DNA of 64,000 bases from Gemmatimonadales bacterium (GCA_035699205.1 DASSBA010000011.1:1339-65338), one strand, 5' to 3'; numbered from the stretch's first letter, positions 49,022 to 57,475 are shown. Numbers and translations: made by a program. Notes: generated by a model from the sequence alone, not told the origin.

Positions 49022-49399
49022 TCAGTCACCCATGGCGACGAACACGGTCATGAAGGTGACGACGCCAAGTGCCAGCGGAATCCCGAGGTAGTTCTCGAGT
49101 CGTCCCTCGCCACTGTCCCCCGACCGATCCACGAAATAGGCGACTACCACCCCGGCAGCGGCACCGGCCAGAAAACCGAGCCCGGCGGTTCCGAGGCGGG
49201 AGCGGTGCGGCCGGCTGATAGTGTCCCCGGCGATGCCCCATGCGCCGGACGGCCGCTGCGGAGCGGCCGCCGCCTGATCGGACGGCCGGAGTGCCGCCCG
49301 GGCCGCCACCGCCGACGGATCGATCCGCAATCCCTGCCCGTGGAGCGGCGCGGATGCGGCGATGGTGAGTCCGGAGAGCAGCAGCCAATGCCTGTACAT
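49022..49399 (-). CDS. Hypothetical secreted/membrane protein
   Basis: Track ORF trimmed to MYRHWLLLSGLTIAASAPLHG (signal peptide), with two C-terminal TM segments. Confidence 0.5.
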   Translation of the reverse strand: MYRHWLLLSGLTIAASAPLHGQGLRIDPSAVAARAALRPSDQAAAAPQRPSGAWGIAGDTISRPHRSRLGTAGLGFLAGAAAGVVVAYFVDRSGDSGEGRLENYLGIPLALGVVTFMTVFVAMGD

Positions 49400-49588
49400 G
49401 TTCCCCCTCCCCGGTAGTCGCATTCGTGACCCACGACAGCAGCTGGAGCATGTGGCAGAGCGAGCGATAGTATGCCGCCGTGCGGTTGGTATTGGCAAGC
49501 AGGGCGGCGCTTCCGAACCGACGATCCGCCAGGACATTTGCCCATCCTCTCCGTTATTTTTCCATCCTCCCCGAGCCCGGACGTCCTC

Positions 49589-51217
49589 ATGAGCGGTGTC
49601 GCCAACATTCCCCGTCCCCACAACGAGCCGGTCCTGAGCTACGCGCCCGGCACCGCCGAGCGGGCCGCGCTCAAGGGCGCGCTCACCGCGGTCGGGAGCG
49701 AGCGGCCCGAGATCCCGGCCGTGGTGGGCGGGCGCGAAATCCGGGGCGGTGTCCCCCGGAACGTCGTCTCGCCCCATTGTCATGCGCGCGTGCTGGCCAA
49801 GCTGCACCAGGCCGACAGCGCCACCATCGATGCCGCCGTTGCCTCCGCCGTCGAGGCCCAGCGCGATTGGGGGCAGTGGCGATTCGAGGACCGCGCGGCG
49901 GTGTTCCTCAAGGCCGCCGACCTGCTGGCCGGCGTCTGGCGGCAGCGGCTCAACGCGGCCACCATGCTGGGCCAGAGCAAGACCGCCTTCCAGGCGGAGA
50001 TCGACAGCGCATGCGAGCTCATCGACTTCCTCCGGTTCAACGTGCACTACGCCGAGCGGATCTACGCGGAGCAGCCCGACTCGGCGCCGGGCACGTGGAA
50101 CCGGCTCGATCACCGGCCGCTCGAGGGGTTCGTGTACGCCATCACCCCGTTCAACTTCACCGCGATCGGCGGCAACCTGCCGACCGCGCCGGCGCTCATG
50201 GGCAACGCGGTAGTGTGGAAGCCGGCGCACTCGGCGGCGCTCAGCAACTGGCATTTCTACCGGCTGCTGGAGGAGGCGGGACTCCCGCCGGGGGTCATCA
50301 ACTTCCTGCCGGGCGACGCGGTCGAGGTAAGCCGGAAGCTGCTCGCGCACCCGGAATTCGCCGGGATCCACTTCACCGGCTCGACCGCGGTGTTCCGGAG
50401 CCTGTGGCAGACGATCGGCGACAACCTCGAGCGCTATCGCGCCTACCCGCGGATCGTGGGTGAGACCGGCGGCAAGGACTTCATCGTGGCGCACGCGAGC
50501 GCCGACGTGGACGCGCTGGCCGTGGGCATGGTGCGCGGCGCGTACGAGTACCAGGGCCAGAAATGCAGCGCCGCCTCCCGCGCCTACATCCCCGATTCGC
50601 TCTGGCCGGCGGTGCGCGACCGGGTGGTCGGGATGATCGACGATATCCGGATGGGCGATGTGGCCGATTTCCGGAACTTCATGGGCGCCGTCATCGACGA
50701 CCGCGCGTTCGCGCGGCTGCGGGAGCACCTGGAGCGGGCCAAACACGATCCGGGCGTGCGGGTGCTCGCGGGCGGCGGGACGGACGACAGCGTCGGATAC
50801 TTCGTGCAGCCGACGCTGCTCGAGGCGGAAGACCCGGCCTACCGCCTCATGTGCGAGGAGATCTTCGGGCCGGTCCTGACAGTGCACGTGTACCCCGCAG
50901 CCAGGTGGACCGAGACGCTGGCGCTGGTGGACCGGACGAGCCCCTACGCGCTGACTGGCGCCGTGTTCGGTCGTGACCGCGCCGCCCTGGCCGAGGCGGA
51001 CCGTGCCCTGCGGAATTCGGCCGGCAACTTCTACATCAACGACAAGCCGACCGGCGCGGTGGTGGGTCAGCAGCCGTTCGGCGGCGCCCGCGCGAGCGGG
51101 ACCAACGACAAGGCCGGCTCGGTGCTCAACCTGGTGCGCTGGGTCTCGCCCCGGAGTATCAAGGAGACGCTGGTGCCGCCCAAGGAGTACCGCTACCCGT
51201 TCATGGCGGAGGCGTGA
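49589..51217 (+). CDS. L-glutamate gamma-semialdehyde (1-pyrroline-5-carboxylate) dehydrogenase
   Basis: Track ORF trimmed to MSGVANIPRPHNEPVLSYAPGT. Motifs: FTGSTAVF, GETGGKDF, QKCSAASR, EEIFGPVL. 542 aa, typical for monofunctional P5CDH. Confidence 0.92.
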   Translation: MSGVANIPRPHNEPVLSYAPGTAERAALKGALTAVGSERPEIPAVVGGREIRGGVPRNVVSPHCHARVLAKLHQADSATIDAAVASAVEAQRDWGQWRFEDRAAVFLKAADLLAGVWRQRLNAATMLGQSKTAFQAEIDSACELIDFLRFNVHYAERIYAEQPDSAPGTWNRLDHRPLEGFVYAITPFNFTAIGGNLPTAPALMGNAVVWKPAHSAALSNWHFYRLLEEAGLPPGVINFLPGDAVEVSRKLLAHPEFAGIHFTGSTAVFRSLWQTIGDNLERYRAYPRIVGETGGKDFIVAHASADVDALAVGMVRGAYEYQGQKCSAASRAYIPDSLWPAVRDRVVGMIDDIRMGDVADFRNFMGAVIDDRAFARLREHLERAKHDPGVRVLAGGGTDDSVGYFVQPTLLEAEDPAYRLMCEEIFGPVLTVHVYPAARWTETLALVDRTSPYALTGAVFGRDRAALAEADRALRNSAGNFYINDKPTGAVVGQQPFGGARASGTNDKAGSVLNLVRWVSPRSIKETLVPPKEYRYPFMAEA

Positions 51218-51235
51218 GCGCGGCTGCTGCTTCGG

Positions 51236-51340
51236 TCACCCGCTCTCGGCGGGAGCCAGTTCCCGCGCCGCGTTCCGCAGCCAGCGGATGTTGAACTCCT
51301 CGGCTTCGTAGGCCCGGATGTGGTTCTCGCCGCGGCTCAT
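51236..51340 (-). CDS. Possible 34-aa small protein
   Basis: MSRGENHIRAYEAEEFNIRWLRNAARELAPAESG. 31 of 34 codons end in G/C (my count), which is a coding-like bias. The rest of track ORF 51236-51664 is antisense shadow. Confidence 0.3.
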   Translation of the reverse strand: MSRGENHIRAYEAEEFNIRWLRNAARELAPAESG

Positions 51341-51412
51341 GTTGCACGATGGTGAATCGGGGCTGGGGTGCGTCCGTCGGTGGCGCTGCGCGGAGAAAGT
51401 TCTTCGCCGCGA

Positions 51413-51452
51413 GGCGGCCGGCGGCCGGCGGCCGGCGGCCCCGGCCCCGGCC
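51413..51452. repeat. Simple-sequence repeat (GGCGGCC)x4 then (CCGGCC)x2
   Basis: Read directly from the sequence; it lies 16-55 nt upstream of the ATG at 51468. Confidence 0.9.
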
Positions 51453-51467
51453 CGGAGCGAGCGCGCA

Positions 51468-52283
51468 ATGCCCCCGCTCAGGGTGACCCTCTGGCTCTGC
51501 GCCCTCCTCGCGGTGCCGCTCGACGCCGCCGCGCAGGGCGGGAGCGCTCCGCCCGCCACATTCCGGTACACAGCCACCCAGCTCGACTGCAGCGCCTTCG
51601 AGGAGCATTCCCGTGCCCAGCTCGATGGCCAGACGGGAACCCGCCTGCGGCGCGAGACGCTCACCCGTCACGGGCTGTGGCGCCTGCGCGCGCGGCCGGC
51701 CGGGCGGGCGGTCCAGGTCGAGGCGTGGTACGACTCGCTCGCGCTGAAGAGGGAGAGCGCCGAGGGCACGCTGACGCCCGATACCGACGGGCTGCTCGGC
51801 GGGCGTTATCGGGGAACGCTGTCCGCCACCGGCAAGTATACGGCCCGGGCGCGGCCGTTCATCCCCGACGAGGTGGCGGAGGTCGCGGAGCTCAGTGGCG
51901 CGATGGAGGACCTGCTCCCGCCGCTGCCGCCGGTCGCGCTCGCGGTGGGTCAGCGCTGGTCCGACTCCAGCGGGCTCGAGCTCGAGCGGTTGCCCGACAG
52001 CACGGCGGGACGGCGGGTGATCCGACGTCTCGCGCTCCGCGCGCGCAGCCAAACGAGCCAGGCCACCGTGCGAGGGGACACGATCACGCTCCCGGCGCGC
52101 CAGACCACCATCGAGGAGGGTCAGGTGGATTGGGATCCGACCCAGGGGCTCGTGCGCCGCGATCGTCACATCGTGGTGGAGACCACGGTTCCCGCCGGGG
52201 GGCCACTGCGGCAGCCGCTGCGCTCGCGGCTGGAGCAGGACATCGCGCTGGTGCGGGGACGGGAGGGGTGCGGTGGGCGGTAA
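51468..52283 (+). CDS. Hypothetical secreted protein
   Basis: Track ORF trimmed to MPPLRVTLWLCALLAVPLDAAAQ (signal peptide). No motif recognised. Confidence 0.55.
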   Translation: MPPLRVTLWLCALLAVPLDAAAQGGSAPPATFRYTATQLDCSAFEEHSRAQLDGQTGTRLRRETLTRHGLWRLRARPAGRAVQVEAWYDSLALKRESAEGTLTPDTDGLLGGRYRGTLSATGKYTARARPFIPDEVAEVAELSGAMEDLLPPLPPVALAVGQRWSDSSGLELERLPDSTAGRRVIRRLALRARSQTSQATVRGDTITLPARQTTIEEGQVDWDPTQGLVRRDRHIVVETTVPAGGPLRQPLRSRLEQDIALVRGREGCGGR

Positions 52284-52370
52284 GAGGTAAGAGGCGAAAT
52301 GTGATGATGCCGCGTCCGACGCCGTTTCTTCGCGCCTGCGCCACCGCCCCCGCTCACCGCTCACCGCTCA
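52270..52370. repeat. Inverted heptamer-array element (GCGGTGG GCGGTAA GAGGTAA GAGGCGA ... CCGCCC CCGCTCA x3) spanning a convergent gene junction
   Basis: Left array 52270-52297, 46-nt spacer, right array 52344-70. The same architecture flanks the GIY-YIG cassette at 61793-62358. Both neighbouring stop codons lie inside the arrays. Confidence 0.8.
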
Positions 52371-53142
52371 CAGCCTCCCGCTTTCCTCCCACAAACCGCT
52401 GCTCCGGATCGAACAGGAGCGCCGTCAGCGCGAACGCCAGCAGCATCGCGGCGATCAGCGCGAGCAGGTTCGTCTCCACGGTGAACTCGGACGGCTGGCC
52501 GAAGGCGCGCCGCATGAGGTCGACCTGGTAGGTGACCGGGTTGACCCGCGCGATGAGCCGGAGCGGGGCGGGCATTCCAGCGGTGGGGTAGAGTGCGCCG
52601 CTCACGAAGAGAAGGGGAAAGAGCACGATGTTGATGACCCCGGCGAAGTTCTCCACCGATCGGAGTCGGGAAGCCACCAGGAGGCCGAGCAGGGCGCTGA
52701 CCGCGGACCCCAGTATGAGCACGCCAAAGGCCGCCGTCCACTGTCCGAGCGTCACGGGGAGGATGAAGCCCGCGCAGACCAGCACCACACCCCCCTGGAC
52801 ACTGCCCACCAGCGCCGCGGCGATCGCGCGGCCGGTGAGCACCGCGGGAACTCCGGCCGGGCTCGCGAGCATGAGCCGGAGCATGCCGAACTCGCGGTCG
52901 TACACGGTGCCGATGGCGGTGAGCATGGCGCCGAAGAGAGACGCCATCACGACGATTCCGGGGAACACGAACTGGTAGTACGGCAGCCCGCCCTCGAGCC
53001 GGGCGATGGCATTGTATCCGGTCCCTACCAGCAGCAGCCACATGAACGGGCGGACCAGCCCGCCCAGGAAGCGGCTCGTCTGCCGCGTGGTGCGGGCCAG
53101 GTCACGCGCGACGATGCCGTAGACGGCGCTCCCGGCACTCAC
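52354..53142 (-). CDS. ABC-2 type exporter permease
   Basis: 262 aa with 6 TM segments and a LVRPFMWLLLVG start typical of the ABC-2 family. ATGA-type overlap with the ATPase gene. Confidence 0.85.
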   Translation of the reverse strand: MSAGSAVYGIVARDLARTTRQTSRFLGGLVRPFMWLLLVGTGYNAIARLEGGLPYYQFVFPGIVVMASLFGAMLTAIGTVYDREFGMLRLMLASPAGVPAVLTGRAIAAALVGSVQGGVVLVCAGFILPVTLGQWTAAFGVLILGSAVSALLGLLVASRLRSVENFAGVINIVLFPLLFVSGALYPTAGMPAPLRLIARVNPVTYQVDLMRRAFGQPSEFTVETNLLALIAAMLLAFALTALLFDPEQRFVGGKREAVSGER

Positions 53143-54065
53143 GCGACGCCGTCCCGGGTGCGGGCGAAGTAGGCGTCCTCGAGGGTCGCCGGCCGGAGCG
53201 CCAGCCGCTCGATGCCAGGCGCGGAGCCCGCGAGCTCGACGACCGGCTCCCGCGGGCCGCGGATTCCTACGGCATACCCGTGCTCGGTCCGGAGCACGGT
53301 GGCCGTGGCGCCGAGCCCTCGAAGCGCGCGCACCAGCCGCTCGGCACCGGAGCCCTCGATTTCGGCGACCTCGGCGCCGACCGCGGCCCGGAGCGCGGCC
53401 GGTGTGTCATTGGCCACCGCGTGCCCGCGCGAGAGCAGCACCACGCGGTCGGCCGGCTCGGCTTCGGCGAGATAGTGGGTAGAGAAGAGGACCGTGGTCC
53501 CGTGCTCGCGCCGCTCGGCGGCGAGGATCCGCCAGATCAGCTCGCGGTGCTCGGGGTCGAGGCCCACGGTGGGCTCGTCGAGGATGAGGAGGTCGGGCCG
53601 GTGCAGCGTGGCGCGGGCGATGTCCGCCAGGCGGCGCCATCCGCCCGAGAGCTGGCGCGCCGGCTGCCTCGCGCGCGGGCCCAGCCCGGCACGATCGATC
53701 GCCGCCGACACCGCGGCCCGTAGCCCGCGGCCGCCGAGGCCGGCGAGCCGCCCGGCGAACCGGAGGTTCTCCTCGACGGTGAGGAGACCGTCCACGCTGG
53801 TCTCCTGGAAGACGAGCCCGAGCCGGCGCCGGACGGCCCGGCGCTCGCGCACCACGTCATGGCCGAAGATGCGGGCGCCGCCGCGAGTGGGAGCGAGGAG
53901 GGTGGCGAGGAGGAGCATCGCCGTCGTCTTGCCCGCGCCGTTGGGTCCGAGCAGGCCGACCAGCGCGCCTGGGGGCACATCAAGCCTGAGCGCGTCGAGG
54001 GCCCGGACGCCGTCGTAATCGCGTCCGAGCCCGTCGGTGTGGATCGCCGGCGCGTCCGCGCTCAC
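53139..54065 (-). CDS. ABC transporter ATP-binding protein (DrrA/ABC-2 type)
   Basis: Walker [10 protein letters not shown], signature LSGGWRRL, Walker [12 protein letters not shown]. Its GTG start overlaps the pqqE stop (GTGA). Confidence 0.92.
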   Translation of the reverse strand: MSADAPAIHTDGLGRDYDGVRALDALRLDVPPGALVGLLGPNGAGKTTAMLLLATLLAPTRGGARIFGHDVVRERRAVRRRLGLVFQETSVDGLLTVEENLRFAGRLAGLGGRGLRAAVSAAIDRAGLGPRARQPARQLSGGWRRLADIARATLHRPDLLILDEPTVGLDPEHRELIWRILAAERREHGTTVLFSTHYLAEAEPADRVVLLSRGHAVANDTPAALRAAVGAEVAEIEGSGAERLVRALRGLGATATVLRTEHGYAVGIRGPREPVVELAGSAPGIERLALRPATLEDAYFARTRDGVA

Positions 54066-55153
54066 GCGTGCTGGGGCTCGACCGTCACGTGGCGGTAGGC
54101 GTACTCGTCGGCGCCCGCGTGTTCCTGCAGCGCCTCGTCGATCAGGTGCCGGTTCGGTCCCAGCGTGCAGACCGGGTCGGTGTTGGCGGCGTCGCCGGTG
54201 AGCGCCATCGCCTGGCAGCGGCAGCCGCCATAGTCGACCGCCTTCCTCGGGCAGCTGCGGCAGGGCTCCTTCATCCAGGAGTCACCGCGGAATGCGTTGA
54301 AGGCGGGGGATTCCCGCCAGATCCAATCGATCGAGTGCTCCCGGACGCTCGGCAGCTCGAGCGATGGGATGGCGTACGCTCCGTGGCACGGGAGCGCCTT
54401 CCCGTCGGGCGAGACGACGATGTAGAACCGGCCCCAGCCGCCGTAGCACGCCTTGGGATATTCCTCGAAGTAATCGGGGAGCACGAAGAGCATCTGCATC
54501 CGGCCCTTGTAGCGCTGGATCCGCTCCTCGGCGATCTCCTTGGCCCGGAGGACCTGCTCGCGCCGCGGCATCAGGGCGGCGCGGTTCCGTAGTCCCCAGC
54601 CGTAGTACTGCGTGTTGGCCAGCTCCAGCCGGTCGGCGCCGTAGCTCGCGGCCAGGTCGATGATCTCTCCGATCCGGTCGAGGTTGGCCCGGTGGAGCAC
54701 CACGTTGAGCGAGAAGGCGAACCCCAGCTCCTTCACCAGCGCGATCGCGGCCTGCTTCTGCTTGACCGAGCTCACCCCGGCGATCCGCTCCGCCGACTGC
54801 GGATCCGAGTCCTGCAGCGAGATCTGCACGTGCTCGAGCCCCGCGTCCCGGAGCCCCTCGGCCCGCCTGCGGGTGAGGCCGAGCCCGGACGTGACGAGCG
54901 TCGAGTAGAGCCCGAGCCCACGGGCATGCGCCGCCAGCTCCTCGAGGTCCTTCCGGATCATCGGCTCGCCACCGGAGAGGCCGAGCTGCAGGACACCCAG
55001 CTCGCGCGCCTGGGTGAAGACGCGCTTCCACTCGTCCGTGCCGATTTCGCTCTCCGCACGGAGCAGGTCGAGCGGGTTGGAGCAGTACGGACAGTGCAGC
55101 GGGCAGCGATGGGTCAGCTCCGCCAGCAGCGTGGTCGGACGTTCGTTGGTCAT
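54062..55153 (-). CDS. pqqE: PQQ biosynthesis radical-SAM protein PqqE
   Basis: LLAELTHRCPLHCPYCSNP (CxxxCxxC) and the SPASM C-terminal cysteines CRSCPRKAVDYGGCRCQA. Confidence 0.95.
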   Translation of the reverse strand: MTNERPTTLLAELTHRCPLHCPYCSNPLDLLRAESEIGTDEWKRVFTQARELGVLQLGLSGGEPMIRKDLEELAAHARGLGLYSTLVTSGLGLTRRRAEGLRDAGLEHVQISLQDSDPQSAERIAGVSSVKQKQAAIALVKELGFAFSLNVVLHRANLDRIGEIIDLAASYGADRLELANTQYYGWGLRNRAALMPRREQVLRAKEIAEERIQRYKGRMQMLFVLPDYFEEYPKACYGGWGRFYIVVSPDGKALPCHGAYAIPSLELPSVREHSIDWIWRESPAFNAFRGDSWMKEPCRSCPRKAVDYGGCRCQAMALTGDAANTDPVCTLGPNRHLIDEALQEHAGADEYAYRHVTVEPQHA

Positions 55154-55416
55154 TGAATCAGCTCCCTCTCCGCCAGGCGCGACAGGTATTCGGTCACGTC
55201 GTCGGTGACATCGGTCCGGTAGCGCTCGCTCAGCTCGGCCGCGATCCGGGCCACGCTCCGCCTCCCGTCCACCAGCTCGAGGATCGCGCGGCCGGTCTCG
55301 TTCAGGAGCACGGCGCCCTCGGGATAGAGCAGTACGGGGCGCTGGCGGGCAGGATCGTAGTCGAGCCGGGCCAGCCGCCAGAGCCGCGGTACCGCGTCGA
55401 GCGGGATGGCCACCAT
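55150..55416 (-). CDS. pqqD: PQQ biosynthesis peptide chaperone PqqD
   Basis: Last 88 codons of track ORF 55150-55887. Motifs: RQRPVLLYPEGAVLLNETGRAILELVDGRRSV, ERYRTDVTDDVTEYL. Confidence 0.85.
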   Translation of the reverse strand: MVAIPLDAVPRLWRLARLDYDPARQRPVLLYPEGAVLLNETGRAILELVDGRRSVARIAAELSERYRTDVTDDVTEYLSRLAERELIQ

Positions 55417-56168
55417 CACTCCTCCCGATAGGCGTTGTGGATGGTGTCGATCATGGCCCACAGCATCTCGAGCTTGTAGGCGAGCGCTTCGAACACCTTC
55501 TGCTGGCGCTCGGGGGTGGTGGCCCACGCCCGCACGATCCGGAGTCCGTGGTTGACGTCGCGCGGCGCCTGCACCAGTCGGCTCTTGAAGTAGTCGAGCG
55601 CCTCGGGCGGAATCCACGGGTAGTGCACCGGGAACGATTCGATGCGCTCCTGGTGGATCCGGGGCGCGAACAGCTCGGTCAGGGACGAGGCACACGCCTC
55701 CTGCCACGAATGGTTCCGGCAGAAGGTCACGTACGACTCGCAGATCAGCCGCACCGCCGGCAGGACGTGGCGCTCGTCCTCCATCTCCTCGCGCGGGACG
55801 CCGAGTGCCACACCGAGCCGGATCCAGAGCTCGATCCCCCCGCCGCCCGGCGTCGTACCGTCGTGATCGATGATCCGCTGGATCCATTCGCGCCGGACGG
55901 CCGGGTCGGGGCAGTTGGACAGAATCGCCGCGTCCTTGCGCGGCACCACGCGCTGGTAGGCCAGCCGGTTGGCCGCCCAGCCCTGGAACTGCCGCTGCGA
56001 CAGCTTGCCCGCGTACATGAGCTGGTGAAACGGGTGCTGCACGTAGTACGAACCGTGAAACGAGCGGAGGGCCGCCTCGAGCTCCGGCGGGCCCAGCGGG
56101 CGATCGAGCACCGGGACTGGCGGCCGCGGCGGCGTGGCGAGTTGCGCAGCGGCGAATGTGGTCGTCAT
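55416..56168 (-). CDS. pqqC: Pyrroloquinoline-quinone synthase PqqC
   Basis: Track ORF trimmed to MTTTFAAAQ (250 aa). Motifs: YYVQHPFHQLMYAGKL, RIIDHDG, LDYFKSRL. Confidence 0.95.
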   Translation of the reverse strand: MTTTFAAAQLATPPRPPVPVLDRPLGPPELEAALRSFHGSYYVQHPFHQLMYAGKLSQRQFQGWAANRLAYQRVVPRKDAAILSNCPDPAVRREWIQRIIDHDGTTPGGGGIELWIRLGVALGVPREEMEDERHVLPAVRLICESYVTFCRNHSWQEACASSLTELFAPRIHQERIESFPVHYPWIPPEALDYFKSRLVQAPRDVNHGLRIVRAWATTPERQQKVFEALAYKLEMLWAMIDTIHNAYREE

Positions 56169-56175
56169 GGCCTGA

Positions 56176-57084
56176 TCAGAGAGTGAACCGCATGCCGTCG
56201 GCGCCGACCCGGAGGCCGGCCTCCTCGACGCGGGCGCGCTCGGGCGAGTCCTCGAGCAGCATGGGGTTGGTGTTGTTGATGTGGGTGTAGACCCGGTGCC
56301 GCGCCGGCAGCGCCCGGAGCCGCTCGAGGCTGCCACCCGGGCCGGACACCGGCAGGTGGTCCATCTCCCGGGCGGTCCGCTCGCCGATGCCGAGACCAAT
56401 CAGCTCGTCGTCGGTCCAGAAGGTCCCGTCGAAGAGCACCAGGTCGGCCGGCGCGAGCCGGGTGAGCAGTCCGTCATCGAGCCCGCCGCAGCCGGGGACG
56501 AACGCACAAGCGCCACCGGTGTGTTGGTCCTGGACGATCAGCCCGACGGTGTGGCCCGGGCGCTCCTCGCTGGCGAACCGAGGGGGCCCGGCCGGCACCG
56601 GGAAGCCGGTGACCCGGAGTCCGCTCGGGGTGCCATCGGCGTAGCAGAGGCCGAGCGGGCGACCGGGCTGGAGCTCGTGGAAGCGCACCTCCGCGAAGGC
56701 GCGGGTGACGGCCAGGATGCGGGAATCGTCGTCCAGGATGCGGCGGACCGCGTCGGTGGCCGCCACCTGGAGGCGCCGCGCCTCGCGCAGGAGCATGATG
56801 CCGACGGTGTGGTCCAGCTCGGCGTCGGTCAGCACGATTCCGTCCACCGGCACGTGACGCATCCCGGCCGGCGCGGGGGCCGGCAGGCGGGTGAGCTGGT
56901 CGCGGACGTCAGGCGACGCGTTGAGCAGGAACCAGCGCGCACCGTCCGCGCTCACGGCTGCGGACGACTGGCTGCGCGGGACGGCCCGACGGGGATCGGA
57001 TCTCGCGACACGGCACGGAGGGCACCAGCAGTTCCATTGGGGGAATCCCCCGCCGGCAGCGGTACCGAGGAGTATGACTTGCAC
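56176..57084 (-). CDS. pqqB: PQQ biosynthesis protein PqqB (metallo-beta-lactamase fold)
   Basis: MQVILLGTAAGGGFPQWNCWCPPC..., LTDAELDH, YTHINNTNP. Confidence 0.92.
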   Translation of the reverse strand: MQVILLGTAAGGGFPQWNCWCPPCRVARSDPRRAVPRSQSSAAVSADGARWFLLNASPDVRDQLTRLPAPAPAGMRHVPVDGIVLTDAELDHTVGIMLLREARRLQVAATDAVRRILDDDSRILAVTRAFAEVRFHELQPGRPLGLCYADGTPSGLRVTGFPVPAGPPRFASEERPGHTVGLIVQDQHTGGACAFVPGCGGLDDGLLTRLAPADLVLFDGTFWTDDELIGLGIGERTAREMDHLPVSGPGGSLERLRALPARHRVYTHINNTNPMLLEDSPERARVEEAGLRVGADGMRFTL

Positions 57085-57094
57085 CCTGGAAAGA

Positions 57095-57124
57095 TCGAGG
57101 GGCCCGCTTTCGCGAGCCCCTCGA
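57095..57124 (-). terminator. pqqA-pqqB intercistronic stem-loop (partial terminator/processing hairpin)
   Basis: TCGAGGGGC ... GCCCCTCGA (9-bp stem, with an inner CGC/GCG extension), followed on the minus strand by TCTTTCC. Confidence 0.55.
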
Positions 57125-57139
57125 AATCAGTGCTTCGCC

Positions 57140-57214
57140 TTAAAGCGTGGCGACGTAGGCGGTGACTTCCATCGTGACGGCCACCACTTCGGCTTCGGGC
57201 TTGGTCCACTTCAT
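57140..57214 (-). CDS. pqqA: PQQ precursor peptide PqqA
   Basis: 24 aa MKWTKPEAEVVAVTMEVTAYVATL with the E-x3-Y crosslink motif (EVTAY). AGGAGG lies 6 nt upstream. Only the tail of track ORF 57140-57469 is real. Confidence 0.87.
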   Translation of the reverse strand: MKWTKPEAEVVAVTMEVTAYVATL

Positions 57215-57434
57215 GGTGATCCTCCTGAGGTGTGATGAGGCGGGCCGGACTGGCCCCGTGGCAGTGGGTGGGAACACCCAGCCGGATCGCTGAGGGACCC
57301 GACGATACCCGCTCATATGCAGACCACGTGCCCGAATGCGATCGGCCTGGGAGGAGAGCTGCAAACTGCTGGCGGTGTAAGGGTTAATGGGGTCGGGATG
57401 GAGAGGATTGCACGGCCGGCGAGCAGGCGCCGCC

Positions 57435-57468
57435 TGGGTGAGGTCACCCAGCTGGGTGACCTCACCCA
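57435..57468. repeat. 34-bp perfect palindrome between the nirK stop and the pqqA promoter region
   Basis: TGGGTGAGGTCACCCAG|CTGGGTGACCTCACCCA. I verified base by base that it is self-complementary. It starts 8 nt after the nirK stop. Confidence 0.9.
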
Positions 57469-57475
57469 AGGCACT

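Noticed and set aside
57140-57469. 109-aa ORF covering the nirK-pqqA spacer
   Set aside because: Only the last 24 codons, preceded by AGGAGG, form the PqqA peptide. The upstream part merely translates the palindrome and promoter region.
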